Positions 13,472-26,789 of a stretch of 64,000 nucleotides of DNA are shown one piece after another; position 1 is the first letter of the stretch; each line of letters opens with the position of its first letter. Location of the stretch: the NCBI GenBank assembly GCA_030704615.1, contig CM060732.1:2232001-2296000 (forward strand), written 5' to 3'. Below the pieces are notes generated by a model, which was not told the origin of the DNA, did no database searches, and saw nothing but the letters and a program-made list of their open reading frames with translations. Made by a program: the position numbers and the translations under genes. The stretch comes from Takakia lepidozioides (lineage: Eukaryota > Plantae > Bryophyta).

Positions 13472-13594
13472 TGTTAGAGGACTGCTTGGGACTTAGACGT
13501 CGCTTTTACGGGTTCTGTGGGGTACCCTTAATTTTTGCGCAGACTGAGACCAACATGAGCCTTAGGGGTGGCAACAGCAGGCTTTAGGGGGGTT

Positions 13595-13910
13595 ATACAG
13601 CCCGACACAGCCCGACATAGCTTTACACAGCTAGTCACAGCCCGCCACAGCTTCGCACAGCCCGACACAACTTTGCACAGCCAGTCACAGCCCGACACAG
13701 CCTTACACAGCCAGTCACAGCCCGCCACAGCTTTGCACAGCCAGTCACAGCCCGACATAGCCTTACACAGCCAGTCACAGCCCACCACAGCTTTGCACAG
13801 CCCGACACAGCTCGACACAGCTTCGCACAGCCAGTCACAGCCCGACACAGCCTTACACAGCCTTACACAGCCAGTCACAGCTCGGCACAGCTTGACACAG
13901 TCTGTCACAG
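13595..13910. repeat. 10-bp-period minisatellite in LTR copy 2
   Basis: About 30 CACAGC-core units with a 30-bp super-period (CACAGCCAGT CACAGCCCGA CACAGCCTTA). Confidence 0.9.
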
Positions 13911-14474
13911 TACATGGGGAACAGTTATCATTGACAGGGAACGACATCTGCAGAGGGAACGTGTTACTTCAGGGATGACGGTTAGCTAAGTAGTTAGGTG
14001 GTTAGAACAGCTTGCGGGCAGATAAGGAGAGCGGCAACGGAAAGAGAATGACTTCACGGGGAGTGCTTCTGGGTCATGGGAAGAGGAGATCAGGCGGAGA
14101 GCAAGAACGAGAGCACAAAGAAGGAGGAAAGATGAACCGTAGATGCTTATTACATGCAGAGCTGTAGTGATACTGTAGGCACATTAGAGTCACCATGGCT
14201 TTGGCCTGATACCTGATAAATCATAATCTGATACTCATTCGATACAATCACACTGTGTAGAGAGACATGAGTGAAGCTGTGAAATGAATGCATGAGTAAC
14301 TGGAACTTAGTAGATACTGAAGCAATCTGATGCTTTAGTATCAGATAAGGTAAATTGATAACATGAAGGCAAGAAGGAATACAAATGGGAAGCACAACCA
14401 TGATTCACTAGCTACAGGTCATGACTGATAGTACTGAGCGGGCTTAGTGCTTAGAGATATCCAACTCTTCTATC

Positions 14475-15116
14475 TTGGAGTTTCCACCTCGGATAGCGAA
14501 GGGATGGGTGAGTAAAAGCCGCTCGACATTTGGCGACCATACTGGGGACCTGGGTCATGAACAACCAGATGTGATAGGCATCTGGTGGGATCATGGTGGT
14601 TGGAGAATTAAAGAATTTGATGTGAATCAAATTCCCTGTGAAACTGAGAAGGAAAGATTGTCTAAACAATTCTTTCAGAGGTTCTTGGAATTGCCAGACG
14701 GTTGTAAAGAAAACATTCTTAAGAGAGTGCATGATGCTGACCCTGAGTGGGGTCTGGAGAAAGGAGTGATAAAGATTTATCAGGTGGCCTGTAGAGGACG
14801 AGCACGTTGGTTACCAACACTGGTTTATGTGATAGCATTGCTATCCATTAAGCGAGTAGAGTTTGAAGGCTGGGATGAAAGGAAGGTGAATGTTTATACT
14901 CATATGCATGAAGAGCTTGTATTGGTAAAGAATTGGATTCCAAAGGATATTTTGTGGATCAAACTCACACCAAGAACAACTTTCCAGACTTGTTTGCCAT
15001 ATGGTTATATGGTAACGGAGACTTCTAGTATAGCCAAGGGTGCATTGAAGCTTGAAAGAAACCCAGGCATATACGAGAGATACTACAGAAGAGAGTTTTG
15101 GTTATTGCCACATTAA
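14475..15116 (+). CDS. Extra ORF of unknown function between PBS and gag (duplicate at 12556-13197)
   Basis: 213-codon frame open in both copies; no early ATG and no recognisable motif. Confidence 0.35.
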   Translation: MEFPPRIAKGWVSKSRSTFGDHTGDLGHEQPDVIGIWWDHGGWRIKEFDVNQIPCETEKERLSKQFFQRFLELPDGCKENILKRVHDADPEWGLEKGVIKIYQVACRGRARWLPTLVYVIALLSIKRVEFEGWDERKVNVYTHMHEELVLVKNWIPKDILWIKLTPRTTFQTCLPYGYMVTETSSIAKGALKLERNPGIYERYYRREFWLLPH

Positions 15117-18100
15117 AGAAATGAAAGACATGGGACATGAGTGATGAAAGAGAAGCTAGACTCCAGAGATATTCAGCAAAAAGATAAAGTTATCTGAAAG
15201 CTAATTATCCATATCTTTGGGAGAGAGGAATAGACATAGGGGAATCATCTGGACCTCTCACACCGTTAAGATCATAGAGTACATCACCCATACCGGAAGA
15301 ACTAGAGTTGGATGCCACTCCTTCTTTTTCTTTGCAAGAAAGATTAAGGGAATTGGTACAGGAAGAAGATCAACCACGAGGTGAAAGATTGGAGGTACAT
15401 CCCTGGATAAAAGATTTGACAGAAATCTTTGATAAGAGTTGGCATGAAACACCAAAAGCAGGAACTCCAGTTTCTGAGACGGAAGATGAAGAAGGAGGAG
15501 AGGATGTGGCAGAGCCAACGGAGAGTTCAGACTCTCCAACACCATTGTAGTTGAGTTACATGAGTGAAGAAGAAACCCAAGGGCAGAACTTGGAGGATGA
15601 AAACAGAGAGAATAAATTGGAAGAGGAAGAGTATGAAGAAGTAGACCCAACAACTGAGGTTGAAACTACAACCAGGACATCCCAACCCGTTGGACCTGGA
15701 TCAAGTGGAGCACTTGGATCACAGGCCAACGAAGGTGTTGGCTCAGGGGGATCAGGCGGGCAGCCTGGATCTGGCTCTGGGAGGATAGGGAGTGTGGGAA
15801 GTAGTGCAACTAGAGCTGGGAATACTGTGAATATAGTGGGGCCAGTAGCAGGGAGTGCTCAAGGGCCACCACTTGGTGGAAGTTCCACCACAACTACAAC
15901 AGGTCCTCAAGGACCAGCACCAGCAAGGGGGCAAACATCTGTCAGTGGGCAGAAGGTAGGGCCACAGATGGCGTTACAACCAACACGGGCAAAACCACAT
16001 TTTCCAATATATTCAGGAAAAGGGGATCCTGATGTACACATTAGTCAATTTGAGCACATGTGTATTGTGAACAATGAGAATGGCGATGATGCCAAGATGA
16101 GACTGTTTCCTTGTTCACTTATCAAGTAAACAAGTGAATGATATGCAAGATTCCCTGATAATCATTTCCTAACCTGGAATGGCTTGAATACAACAATTCA
16201 AAATAGGTTAAGGACAAGTAAAACTGAGGATGAAGTGTATGGAAGTTTACAACAGTTAAAGCAAAAAAAACATGAAACTGTTGAGGAGTATATGGAAAAG
16301 ATGGAATTGATGATGAAAAAGCTGGCTGCTGTACCAGCACCAGGTTTACAGAAGACTTGGTTTGTGAGTGGACTAAGACCAGAGTTGCAAAAGAAAGTGG
16401 ATATGTTACCCCATAATACAGTGGAGGAGGCATTTGAAACAGCGAACAAAATTGAGCAATTGGGAATGCTTAGGAGAGAGAAAAGGGATGATGAGGACTC
16501 TGAGGATGAGTCAGATGAGGAAGAAGAGCAAGAGCTGAAAAGGAAGAGTAAGAGGAAGGAGAAGTTGAAGAGGGATAACTATGAGAAAAGATTAGAAGAA
16601 ATCTTGAAGAAGTATGCCATAGAGGCTGCAACACATTAGAGGAATGGTGTTTGGTGTGCAAAGTATCAGAATGAAGGCCATACCACCACTGAATGCCACA
16701 TGAAGGAGAAACATTGTACTATCTTTAAAATGGATAACCATTCTACTGAGAATTGTTACTACAACAGAAGGACAGCAGCTAGAGAACCTAGGCAAGTAAT
16801 GGTGCATCAAGTGCAGCCCCAGCCAAGAAGAAACAGTGATCAGGACCACTATGGTAGGCCTGGTGGTTATAACAATGGCATGGAAGGGAGAGGTAATTCA
16901 AGAGGGAATTACCAAGGAAATTCCAGAGGCAACTATCAGGGTAATCCAAGGGGGAATTACCAGCCAGGGAATCAGGATTACAGAAACAAGTCCAGAATAG
17001 ACCAAGGGCGAGGACCTAATGGGGAAAAACTGTGTTACTAGTGTAATCAGGCAGGCCATCGCAAGGCAGCCTGTCCATTCTAGATCAGACACCAGAATGA
17101 GATGAGAGCTCCTGTGAATGAGGGGCCAGTGGTGGCAGCTCACATGGTTAGGCCATGTGTTGTACCAGAAGTAAGTACAATGATAGTAACGAGAAGCAAA
17201 GCCAAGCTAATACCTCCAGTAGATGAGGAAGATGATGATAATGAAGATGGCAGTGATGTGCCTGAAGATGATGAGGCTTGGAGAGATGAGAAGGAACTGC
17301 ACAAGGAAGTGGCAGATACCATAAGGGAAATGCAGAAGAGTACTGATATTCCTATGGCAGATTCCTCTGATTCTGAAAGAGAAGAGGAAGAGAGTGAGGA
17401 TGAAGGGAAGAAAGAAGTTGCAGACATGCAGAATAATGAAGGAACTTTGGCTGAAGTAATATGCCAGTCCAAAGCGGAGATTACCATTGGACAGCTATTG
17501 GCTGTGGCACCTTATTGTAGACACAGGCTGTATCAAGCAATCAATCGAATTGCCCATGTGACAGGGAACACAGACCTAAACAGCAAGGTGATCAGTTATA
17601 ATGTGAAGCCGGAAGGGCGAGAAACAATCATGGACTTTGAAGATTCTATGCCAGTAATCCAATTGAGAATTGGAAGCATAGAACTAATTGATGTACTGAT
17701 AGATGGAGGCTCTGAAGTGAATATCATGACAGACCAATTAAGACAGAAGCTTGGTCTAAGTAACATGAAACCAACCCCATTTACAGTAACAATGGCAGAT
17801 CAAAGAAGTGTACAGCCATTGGGATTGATAAGAGGAGTTAAGATACAAATTCAAAAGATGATCTTTATGATCACAGTAACTGTGTTGAAAATGGATGAAG
17901 TCATGGAAGCTTACTCCTTATTGTTGGGACGTCCGTGGCTGAAACAGGCCAGGGTATTCCATGACTGGAATTCCCAGTTACTAACTGTGCATGATGGGAT
18001 GCACAAGATACAAATTACCACTAAGAAATCTAGTAGATTACCTGCTACGAGAAGACCTCGAGGGGTTAGGGAGTATGACAGGAGGGGAGGACTTGATGAG

Positions 18101-21100
18101 GAGCAGGAAGCTACCCTGTTCGCTACACACCCAGAGTGGGAGCAGGTTGCAGAGATGCAGCTAGAAGGCCTAAGTTGTTTAAAAGGTATCTGCTGTGGTG
18201 TAGTGACAACAACACCAATTGAAGGTGAAACAAGCAGTTACCCACCACATTTCTATGAAGAAAGAGAGGGAGAAATGGAAATCCTAGAGGAACCAGCCAC
18301 TGTGAGTTTACAGGATGAAGTGGTGACTGGTTGGACAATCACAACTGATGAGCAGGTGAGAGAAGTGAACATGGGAACTGAAGAGGAACCGAGGATGGTG
18401 AAGGTAGGGGCTGATTTGGAGCCAGAATTCTTTGAGGAAGCTAAGAGTTTGTTCATCAAATACAGAGATGTATTTGCTTGGAGCTATGAGGATCTAAAAG
18501 GGATACCACCTGAGATCTGTCAGCATAAGATTGAACTGGAACCAGGGTCAGTACCAATCAAATAGGCAAGGTACAGAATGAATCCCAACTATGCACAGAA
18601 GGTTGGAGAAGAGATCAAGAAGTTGGCTGAGGCTAAGTTTATATACCCGATAGAGTATACAACTTGGTTGTCACCCATTGTGATAGTTCCCAAGAAGAAT
18701 GGTAAACTGAGAGTTTGTGTGAACTATAAGAAGTTGAATGCTTGCACGAAGAAAGATCATTTCCCCTTGTCATTCACAGAAGCGGTATTGGACACTGTGG
18801 CAGGCCATGAGATGTACTCATTCATGGATGGCTTCAGTGGTTATAATCAAGTGCAAGTGGCAGAAGAAGACCAGGGAAAGATAGCTTTCATCACAGACTG
18901 GGGTGCTTATGCATACAAAGTCATGCCTTTTGGACTTTGTAATGCACCAGCAACCTTTCAGAGAGTGATAAGTGAATCTTTTCATGAGTATCTGGATGAT
19001 TTCATGCAGGTGTTCTTGGATGATTTCAGTGTGTACAGCTCTAAGAATCAGCACTTGCATAAATTGGAGTTATGTTTGGCCAGATGCAGGATGAGAGGTC
19101 TAGGCCTGAATCCAGAGAAATGTACTTTCTGTGTGAACTCAGGGGTGCTTTTGGGACACATTGTGTGTAAGAGGGGACTTCTTGTGGATCCCAGGAAGAC
19201 AGAGGCCATTAAAGCCTCTCCACCACCAGTAAATGTTAAGAGTCTAAGGAGATTCCTTGGACAAACCAGTTATTATAGAATATTTGTCAAAATAGCAGCA
19301 CCATTGAGCAAGCTTCTGAAGAAAGATGCAGTGTTTGCATGGACAGCTGAATGTCAACAGGCTTTTGAGGAACTTACATTGTCAGTAACAACTACACCTG
19401 TGCTGATTAACCCTCACTGGCATGTAGTATTTCATGTTCACTGTGATGCCTCAGGGGAAGCGTTGGGAGCGGTGTTAGCCCAAAATGTTACAAAAAATAT
19501 AGATTCACCTGTGTACTATGCTAGCACAACTGAAAGGAACTATAGCACAACTGAAAGAGAAGCACTGGCAATGATTTATGCAGTCAAGAAATTCAGGCAT
19601 TACCTATTGGGAAGAAAGTTTATGTTTTATGTGGATCACCAGGCTCTGATATATCTGGTGAACAAACCTTTGATAAGTGGAAGGATAGCAAGGTGGTTAA
19701 TAATCTTGCACGAGTTTGAGTTCGAAGTTGTTCACAAGCCTGGCCGTTTGCATCTTGTGGCAGATCATCTGTCACGCCTAACAACAGGAGAGCCCGCCAC
19801 AGAAGTAGACGACCAATTACCTGTTGCGAATTTATTTGCAATGGAGGTGCAGGGAAGTATAGATGAATGGTTAGATTGGCAGTGGCAAATCAGATACTAC
19901 CTTACTCATGGTCAGTGCCCACCTAGTTATGGTAAGGAGCAGAGGAAGAGAATCGCTATCAAGGCTTTACCTTATACTATGGTAGGGGGCAGAATGTATA
20001 AGCTAGGACCTGAAGGAGTACTTAAACGATGCTTGTACCACCATGAAGTAAATAAAGTTTTGGAGGAAGTTCATAAAGGAGTGGCTGGAGGTCATTTTGG
20101 AGAAGAGACTACTAGTAGGAAGATACTACTTGCAGGTTACTGGTGGTCTACTTTGTTCAAAGATGTACACAAGAACCATTTCAGAAATGGGGACTAGACT
20201 TTGTTGGACCAATTAACCCACCAGCCAAGAATACACAGAACAAGTACATAATTACAGCCACTGATTATACGACGAAGTGGGTGGAAGCTAAAGCTCTGAG
20301 GAACAACACAGCCAAGTCTACAACAAGGTTCATGTATGAGAACATACTTACACGATTTGGCTATCCCCTGGAATTTATCAGTGACCAGGGAAGTCACTTC
20401 ATTAATGAGACCATTGAACTATTGACTAAAAAGTTCATGATTGTGCATAGGAAGAGTACAACATATTACCCACAGGGTAATGGGCAGGCAGAGGCTACCA
20501 ACAAAATACTATGTACTATCTTGGCTAAGATAGTCAATGCAAACAGAACGGATTGGGATACAAAGCTGCTGACAGCTTTGTGGTCATACATGACTTCATA
20601 TAAAGTCACCACTAAGTATACACCATTCCAATTAGTTTATGGTATGGAAGCTTTACTTCCAGTGGAATTCTTGTTACCTACCATGAGAACTGAATGGGGA
20701 AAGAGAATGGAATTGGAAGATTCAATTAAGGTCAGGAAACATGAATTATACCATGTGGAAGAAGTACGTGCTGATGCAGCTGATAACATGACCAGAATTC
20801 AGAAGAAGAGGAAGGAACAGTTTGATGAAGGCAAATTAAAGACTTTTAAGACGGGAGATTTGGTTCTCTGGTTGCAGAAGAAGGGGAAGATTAAAGCTTC
20901 TAAGCTTAAATCACCATGGAAATGACCTTCTGTCATATAGAAGATGTATGATAACAACACTGTCATGTTACAAACCATTAACAAAGAGATGCTGGGAAGA
21001 GTCAATGCCAATAAGTTGAAGGGGTATAGTGGTATCCATGACAAATCATTGCAGCACGATTTGCATGTTGAAACGCAAAAGCAGTCACGGGCTGCGCCAG

Positions 21101-22296
21101 TGATACCAACGGAGTATGGAGCACTTGTCATTAAGCCGAGCGTGTATGACCAAGGCGGGAAGTACAAGTGTCACATAGCCTATCACAGCCCATCACAGTG
21201 TCACACAACCTATCACAGCCCATCACAGCGTGACACAGCCTATCACAGCCCACCATAGTGCCACACAGCCCATACAGATTACACAGTCCATAGGGTCAGT
21301 GACAGGTGGACGCGAATTAACGTTAGAAAAGTGGCCATCGAGTGAAGAGGAAGTTTGGAAGTCAAACTTGGAGAATATGCCACGCGGAGAAGGGAAGTCG
21401 GGGGCATGTTTTGAAACGGACACGTGGCCACTAAGGCGTGACACACCGCACTGCATCAATTGCAAAAAAAGGTTTCATCATGCAAACGGACAAATCGGGC
21501 CGTCAACGTACCTACCCGGTAACAACAACTAATACTAATTGTGGGCCCATTAATGCATTCAGTGTAAGGGTAATGGAACCCTTTCCGAGTACAAAAAAAG
21601 GAAACCTATGCCACATGTGCGTTGTTGCTTGTCTCTAGAAGCATCGGATTCCCTTTCGCGTGACCGTTACACATAGTCGTTCCCTTATTAGTGCACATGC
21701 CAGCAATTAGTGTACAGCTGTTCGTATTCAGTTATCGATGTCTGACGTGTGTTGCCCAAAATAAACGGCGTGTTCTTTATTAGAACGGTTTCAATATTTA
21801 AAAATAACAGCGAATCCCAGAAATCTTGGCGCACAGTCTTAGACAAATATATGTAAATGAACGAGAGTTTGATGACAAGTTGGGATATCATACACGTTCA
21901 TCCTTGTTAGTCAACCCCACGTTCGTTTCACATTTTGAACTTTCCAGGTGCGCATGATCATTGGTAGTAGTATAATGATACATTTACTTAATCTGCAATC
22001 CCACCCTCAGATCCTGTGGCATGCTTCCAGGAAGTCGGCTTGTTATTGTGTTTATTGATGAGGTTCTGATTAACGGTTTAACAGCTGCCGACATTGCTCA
22101 TAGGGATACTCTGACCACTGGGCCCACAAGAAAAGTAATTAAAATGGACGGCTGCATATCTGGAAGGAATAACAGAATATGCACAGTCGTCGTCTGAGCT
22201 TCCTCCGCCATATTCTCTGCTCATTCTTCAACTGTGTTCTGGAGACATCAGTAAACCGATTTACACTGAAGGTCTGCGATAGCAAGGTATCAACAT

Positions 22297-23860
22297 ATGC
22301 GAGGAAGGAAGATGGCTTCCTCTGAAGCGGAGTTCTTCTTTGACGACAAACCACTGCCGTTCTCCCAGGAAGTCCTTGACAATGGATTTGCAATTGTTCT
22401 GGAACATGTCTTGGCTACCCGTTTTCAGCTTCAGAATGGCTCCATCTTTTTGGAGAAAGAGGTGTACGATTTGAAAGGGAAGTTGTTGAAATACTCTTTC
22501 CAAAACCGTGATGAGACGACTCATGTCAGCCAGTGGAGAGTGCGCCCTGGTCGATACAGAGTACTTGGAGAGCCTCGGCGAAAGTCCCTTGGGTCATATG
22601 TGACGCCCGGGACTGCTGCTTCGGTCGTTGAAGACAAGAGGGAGGTGGTGGTGAAAAAAGAACAGACGTCCTCCACTCCAATTGTTGAGCTTTCGGATTC
22701 GTCCGATGATGGCATAAGTGAAATTCCAAATCCAGTCCTTCCTACTGTGGTTGGAGAAGCTGATGAAGAAGAGATTTGTAGTGTCATTCCAAAACTACGA
22801 GCGATGGGAGAAATGGCTGGATTCAAAAGTGAGTTGCGAGGAATTGATTGGGAATCTTTGAAGCAGGTGCCTGTGAAGTTCTTGCCAGAGACTTTTGATG
22901 GCGATATCCTATTCGAGCTGTCTCCTCCTCCGCGAGTTGGAGGTATAACAATCATGATGCATGGAATGGACAAGAAACACGACGGGCACCCGTGGTGCAG
23001 AACAAAAACATCCAATATTCAAAATGATGACAAGCTTGTTTTCAAGAGAACAGTTTGCAATGGACACCTTAGGTGTGATAATTTGAATTGCAGACACTTT
23101 CTTCAGTCTGGGGTTCATAATCAAAGCGAATGGGAGGGTCTGGCGGAAAATCCATTTCAGCCTGGGACTGCCCCACCACCGGCAAACACTTTCGTCTGCA
23201 AATTCTGCAAACTTGTGTCATCCTGCTTGGCGCTCTGCGGAGCAAGAATGTACTATGTTGTCCACCGTTTGAAAACAATGACAAGAGCTTGTGTGCATTT
23301 CGGATTCCATAACCATCCTGTCTCGAAGGGGGATTACAGGGAGAGTGTTGAGACAGTATCGAGGTTGATTAAACAGGAGTTCGGGAGAAACCCATCCGCA
23401 ACAACATCTGCAATTGTTCTTGGCGCAAGCAAGTCCTTCTTGGAAAGCCATATTTTGCAAACGAGATGGAAAGCTCGTTCAGCGTTTCCCTCCAACCGCT
23501 GAACACTTTGGCAAAGTGGAGTCCGCAAGAATGCTCCAAGCTCGTGTTGGAAGCACCACGGAAGTACCCGATCCAGGATATGGTCGGGTATTCACAATCA
23601 TCACTTCCACATCTACTGTTCATGACAGGACCTACGACATCACCGTTTCCGATTTCCCCAATTGCACATGTCTTGATTTTGTGAATATGCTATCAACCAG
23701 TTTGGGCAAGAGGGTAAATTCATACCCTGCAAACATTTGTATTTCATAGTTTTGAAGAGGATGGTTTGCGATCCCAAACGTGACAACTTCATTCACCAAG
23801 CCACTATGAGTTTCAACGAGGTCGATACTCTATTGCAGCGGGATACAACACATGGGTAGT
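22297..23860 (+). pseudogene. Internally deleted MULE transposase: GCM-like N-terminus joined out of frame to the SWIM C-terminus
   Basis: HDGHPWCRTKTSN...KRTVCNGHLRCDNLNC...CKFCK...CGARMY...HFGFHNHP. From ~23457 other frames give PNCTCLDF...YPCKHLYF...NFIHQATMS, matching 52652-53098. No DDE core in between. Confidence 0.8.
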
Positions 23861-25076
23861 ATCAACTATGCAATGTGGTATGTGGACGACCGTGATTTGA
23901 AATGTGTAATTCACATCAATTCATCGGCGGTGCAATGATATGGCCTCCAACTATACTGAGTGAGCTCTGAGTGGCAACTTTTAAAAGCACATTTGTCATT
24001 GCACCGTTCGAAGTCTACATGTCTTGCTGTCGCTATGCACTACAATCATCTTTTGAAGATGATCCTAACTCTCATTGTTATTTGAGGAGGGAAGAAGGTC
24101 TTCCCGTGGCAGCCTCTATGGCGCACACTTTGTGAGGATATTTTCTCGTACTCGTAATTGTAAAAGTGAAACAAACATTTGTAATTGCACAATGTTGGAT
24201 GCTACAATTGTAGGCCTCATGGTAGTCTTGATTCTATTTAGGCAAGATTCCCTGCATTAATTCCACGGTCATAGGACCATCCTCGGTTATAGGCGGCGCA
24301 TGTTAATGCTGACGTGGCAGATGACGGACAGTGCCACATCATCATTTGCCGCCACATCAGCATGCTGACATGACGCTCACGCCACGTCAGCTGGCGTGAA
24401 CGTACGCTCGCGCGCTCACGTGCAACACTCACGCCATTGCGTCATTGAATTCAGCGTAACAGTCATAGTTCCTGAACATGTGTCAGAGAACAATGCTTCA
24501 AAGGAGGGAGAGGTAGAACAACGTGACAACATCCACCATGTAGTTCACTAATTAGTGCATACACGGCGCCGCATTCCCCAAGTAGATGCTACCCTAACAA
24601 CCTAATTTCACTCTCATTTGCGGCCTTCCGCCAGAGTAATAGTCACACTTCATAAATGTGTGTCAGAGAATTTTGGGATTCATGGGAAGGGGAAGAAGAA
24701 TCGTACATGTCTGCCATAGCACTTTTCAGAAGGGTCTTATCTTTGGCTTCCATCATGGAGCTTTACTGATTCTCCGTCAACAGCAGAAAAACACGGGTGA
24801 GACAGCCGGACTACCAAGAGGCCTTGGTCTTATACATGGCCTGATCGTAGGCTGATTCTTATCCTCCGCCTTTCTGACTTTAACTAAATTCATACTATAG
24901 ACTACGTGGTCACCCCTTCCTCACTACTTCACAAATCTGCCAATTAATTAACAGCCACATGCCTTAATAAAGCACCGTTTAGACAACCCTGCATTTCATC
25001 CGTTGCAGCATCCATCCGTCATCTGTTTCATTGGATGACCATCATCCCCACCTCATTCATCTTTGGTTAATGAAAA

Positions 25077-25510
25077 ATGCAAAGTACATGCATTCATCAC
25101 CAAACCCTAGAATTTCTCTTTTGGCCCCATTTGTTTGCTTTCCCACGACATGTTTCACCACCTGCTTTCGACCTACAATCCCTCCCGCTCGTGAGGCCTG
25201 CTCTCCCAGGGGACGTTGATAAAATGAAGTTCGCATTCCGGGAAGGCTATCGGGTGGGGTCAGCCGCCTTCTACGTTTCCATTGAGAATGACGATGGTGA
25301 ATTGCGTGGCCCAACTTCGGAAGAGGAGGCAGCTTGGGATCCCCACTGGCACACTCGCAACAACGAATTTGAAAGGATGCTGGCAGCTGATCCTGTGTTT
25401 GCATACATGACGAGAAAAATGTTTTATGTCTGGGATGGGAATCACCGTCTTCTGGCATGGAAGGAGTACATCAAGCAGAACCACCTCGACAAAATCAATT
25501 GGCTACGACA
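25077..25510 (+). pseudogene. ParB/sulfiredoxin-like domain gene fragment
   Basis: VRPALPGDVDKMKFAFREGY...FYVS...MFYVWDGNHRLLAW (DGxHR-type motif); cut at ~25510 by the CACTA remnant. Confidence 0.65.
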
Positions 25511-26760
25511 TGCTTTTTGAATGCAGATGCATACCCTGTGGGGACTTTGAGATTCTAAATAATCTGGAAGAATACTTTCAGTTCCTCTGCATTTAGAACG
25601 TAAGGTGCAGGTGGCTTTATGACTATGTTCACGTTGTTGGGATGTTGCTGCAACCACAAGGTCCAACGCAGACATTGCAATTCCATATCACGACGACATT
25701 TCAGAGTATCTCTTTCACCAATTATAGTCTTGATTATGTTTTTACACAAATTCTTCTCATAATGTATTGCATCGCAAATGTGTCAGATCAGCAGTCCCTG
25801 TACATGGAAGGCAATGGACAATCCAAACTCAGAATGAAAAAACCTGCTAATCATATCGATAAATGCACGAGAGGGCAAATGCCTCATCGCGCTTCATCTT
25901 TGAAGTACGGCTTCAACAGGGAGACGTGGAATACTGGATGCACCTTCCTGTTTTTTGGCAGCTCCAATTCATACACATCCTCATTCATAATCTTCCGGAT
26001 GCGAAAGGGTCCCGCATATGGAGGTATGAACTTCGGACTCACTTCGGGAGGTAGTCGAAAATTCTTGATGTTCAACCAGACCTTCGTGCCTGCCTCAAAC
26101 TTGACTTCCCTCCGCTTCCGATTTGCCTGCCGTTCATACCGTTTCCTAGCTTTGGCGATGTTGTACGTCACGAGCTTCAATAAGTGCTCGCGTTCCTCCA
26201 ACTGCTGCTGCTGGTTCCTCAACGTCTTGGGCAGCCCAACTTGTCGGCACTAGAGGTGCTTTTCCATAGACCAATACAAAAGGGGAAACACCTGTTGCTC
26301 CCAATAAGACAATTCGTAGAGAATGGATAGATGCTTCATACCATGTTTCTTTGAAGGATCATAGTAACTACCAGGTCTTTCTCCTCCTGCCACCCAAGAC
26401 TCGTACTCAATCGCCCTCTATTTGATTTTGGTTCATGTTATTGTTTGTGGACATGGTCTCAATTTCGCAGCCCATTGAATAGCTTGATCTTCTGTATGGG
26501 TGGTTGTGGGTTAAATACCTATGATGGCCTTGATACACATTTTTCTAACAAACATTTGAGTACCGCAAATCTATTTGAGGCCCACAGGCTGGACATCCAC
26601 CATATCCTTTTGTGGCTTGGTCTGCTATCAAGCCCTACATTGGGTAGTTGTGAATATTGGACCACATCAAAAAGCACCAAGAACATCATGAGAAGATACA
26701 TCTAGTTCTTTCCCTTTCATTGACTGATTAGACAACTTCTGCTCATGTTCTAATGCAGCA
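25510..26760 (-). mobile_element. CACTA (En/Spm) Tnp2 transposase remnant, interrupted by a Ty3 integrase fragment
   Basis: Hand translation: LMWSNIHNYPM*GLIADQATKGYGGCPACG...VYQGHHRYLTHNHPYRR; GMKHLSILYELSYW; HYEKNLCKNIIKT...KPPAPYVL...LKVPTGYAS. Confidence 0.8.
25884..26295 (-). mobile_element. Ty3 integrase C-terminal (GPY/F) fragment, same family as 42-2384
   Basis: [27 protein letters not shown]...YAGPF...HPVFHVSLLKPY. Confidence 0.85.
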
Positions 26761-26789
26761 GACCAACTGATGTCTCCGCCAGTACCCGG

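Larger units (their letters stand above)
13472..21030 (+). mobile_element. Degenerate non-chromovirus Ty3/gypsy element: 5' LTR 13472-14528, PBS, extra ORF, gag-pol; no matching 3' LTR
   Basis: PBS TGGCGACCATACTGGGG at ~14531. Zinc knuckles (CY*CNQAGHRKAAC), protease LIDGGSEVNI, RT FMDGFSGYNQ/FLDDF, RNase H HCDAS, integrase [22 protein letters not shown]. Many in-frame stops. No additional (archaeal-type) RNase H seen between RH and INT. Confidence 0.9.

Noticed and set aside
13528-13978. Repetitive protein ORFs (TALHSQSQP / CDWLCKAV)
   Set aside because: Artefacts of the LTR minisatellite
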